Assembly: GCA_051294905.1 (NCBI GenBank)
Contig: CM119382.1
Location: 9,424,001 to 9,488,000 of the forward strand
Direction of reading: 5' to 3'
DNA from: Botryllus schlosseri
Taxonomy: Eukaryota
Length of the DNA stretch: 64,000 nucleotides
Part shown: positions 62,897 to 64,000 of the stretch, piece after piece
How positions within the stretch are numbered: position 1 is the first letter of the stretch
Layout of the letters: each line of letters begins with the position of its first letter
The notes under the pieces: generated by a model
Database searches by the model: none
Told to the model about the DNA's origin: nothing
Seen by the model: the letters and a program-made list of their open reading frames with translations, nothing else
Made by a program: the position numbers and the translations under genes

Positions 62897-64000
62897 TCAA
62901 GATGAATGTTCTTCTTTCCATTTCTTTTTAGCTTTCATAATAACTTTCCGGTCTAGCACCATGGCGAAGGAGACGGCAAGGATGTAATACAAACTGCACT
63001 TGTACAGTTTCGAAGCACTCGAACTGTTGCCTTTTCTGTATATAGGAAAACAAGTGTTTTTCAAGCAAAAAGCGGCCATCATTATTATGGATGAGAAACT
63101 TACCTATGAAATTTGATGGACTCCGTCATCAGCCACGCATTGAAAGGCGCAGACAGTGCAACAAACGCCCATGACGTTATACCGGTCAAGGGCGCTGCTA
63201 ATGACAAACCGCAGAGCGCGAGTGAGTGTCCGACGGCCACATGCTTTGTTGCCTGCGGATGTGACAACGGGAGCATATGATAATTCCCTCTCGCGTAATC
63301 ATTCTTTCTTCGCCATGCGAGAGCGAAAAAATGAGGAAACTGCCAGCAGTAGAGTATACCGGCCAATATGAATGCCCCTGAATAATAAATAGCTTGGCGT
63401 TCATGAAGAACAATGCAGAAATTTAGCACTGATGTTTCTCACCTGCATCCAATGATCCCGTTGCTGCAGTCCATCCCATTATTGGAGGTATGGCTCCAAC
63501 AATTGAACCCGCCCAGGTATTGAACCAATGCCTTCTCTTCATTGGTGTATATATACCAGCGTATAACAGAATATTGGCCAATCCAAGAGCCGCCGTCAGC
63601 CCATTCACACCTACATCAAAATAGTGTATATCAATTATATGCCTATATCTCTTGTTTATATACTCACCGTAGTATAAACACGATACGCCGACAACTCCAG
63701 ATGATACAGCAAACATAGTAGCATGCAATGGTGTTATAATACTTCTCACTAATGGCCTGTTTTTGGTGCGGTCCATCAGCCCATCATATTCGACTTCAAT
63801 GATCTGAAAGTATCACTTCGCTAATAGACAATGTCTTTTGCATATTTATTGATGAAGATTACTCAAGTTGTGTTCTAACTTACTTGATTGAAGGTATTAG
63901 CAGCGCATGAACATAACACCGTCCCCACTGTAGCAAACAGGAATACTTGCTGATCGAACACTACTGGCGCCAAGCAGTATCCAGCATCGGCTGTCATCGC
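62897..64000 (-). CDS. COX10: Protoheme IX farnesyltransferase (heme O synthase), 3' portion; exons >64000-63884, 63803-63668, 63610-63443, 63377-63104, 63035-62897
   Basis: CAANTFNQ|[68 protein letters not shown]; all junctions GT-AG and in phase. Confidence 0.94.

Noticed and set aside
63423-63776. COX10 ORF reading straight through 63667-63611
   Set aside because: This is a canonical 57-nt GTGAGT...TAG intron that happens to be in frame and stop-free; the insert would break the conserved alignment.

Overview
AT-rich eukaryotic (animal) DNA. The compact GT-AG introns, intronless housekeeping cluster and repeat content suggest a tunicate/ascidian-type invertebrate chordate; this is inference and was not confirmed by any search. 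About 52 kb of the minus strand holds the 5' half of a many-exon titin/connectin gene. In transcription order it reads: unresolved 5' exons (~52.6 kb), one Ig, an acidic linker, a recognisable N2A element (I80-like Ig, UN2A helical segment, I81-I83-like Igs), no PEVK, about 18 tandem Igs, then the I/A-junction and D-zone Fn3/Ig pattern, running off the left edge. The right end carries four intronless plus-strand genes (POLR3C, EMC4, SETD9, OXLD1; SETD9 and OXLD1 overlap by ATGA) and the 3' part of a convergent COX10. Introns and the intergenic region are full of non-autonomous hAT elements (several with 8-bp TSDs), a 1.64-kb foldback, a Tc1/pogo-type MITE, a tRNA-derived SINE head, a LINE tail split by a solo LTR, and a short repeat family carrying a minimal type I hammerhead ribozyme motif. 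The strongest leads are the hammerhead family (only the copy in titin-sense orientation has a broken stem I), the SETD9/OXLD1 junction, and a titin that appears to start near N2A and lacks PEVK. All comparisons with human proteins are from recalled sequence, not from a run alignment.
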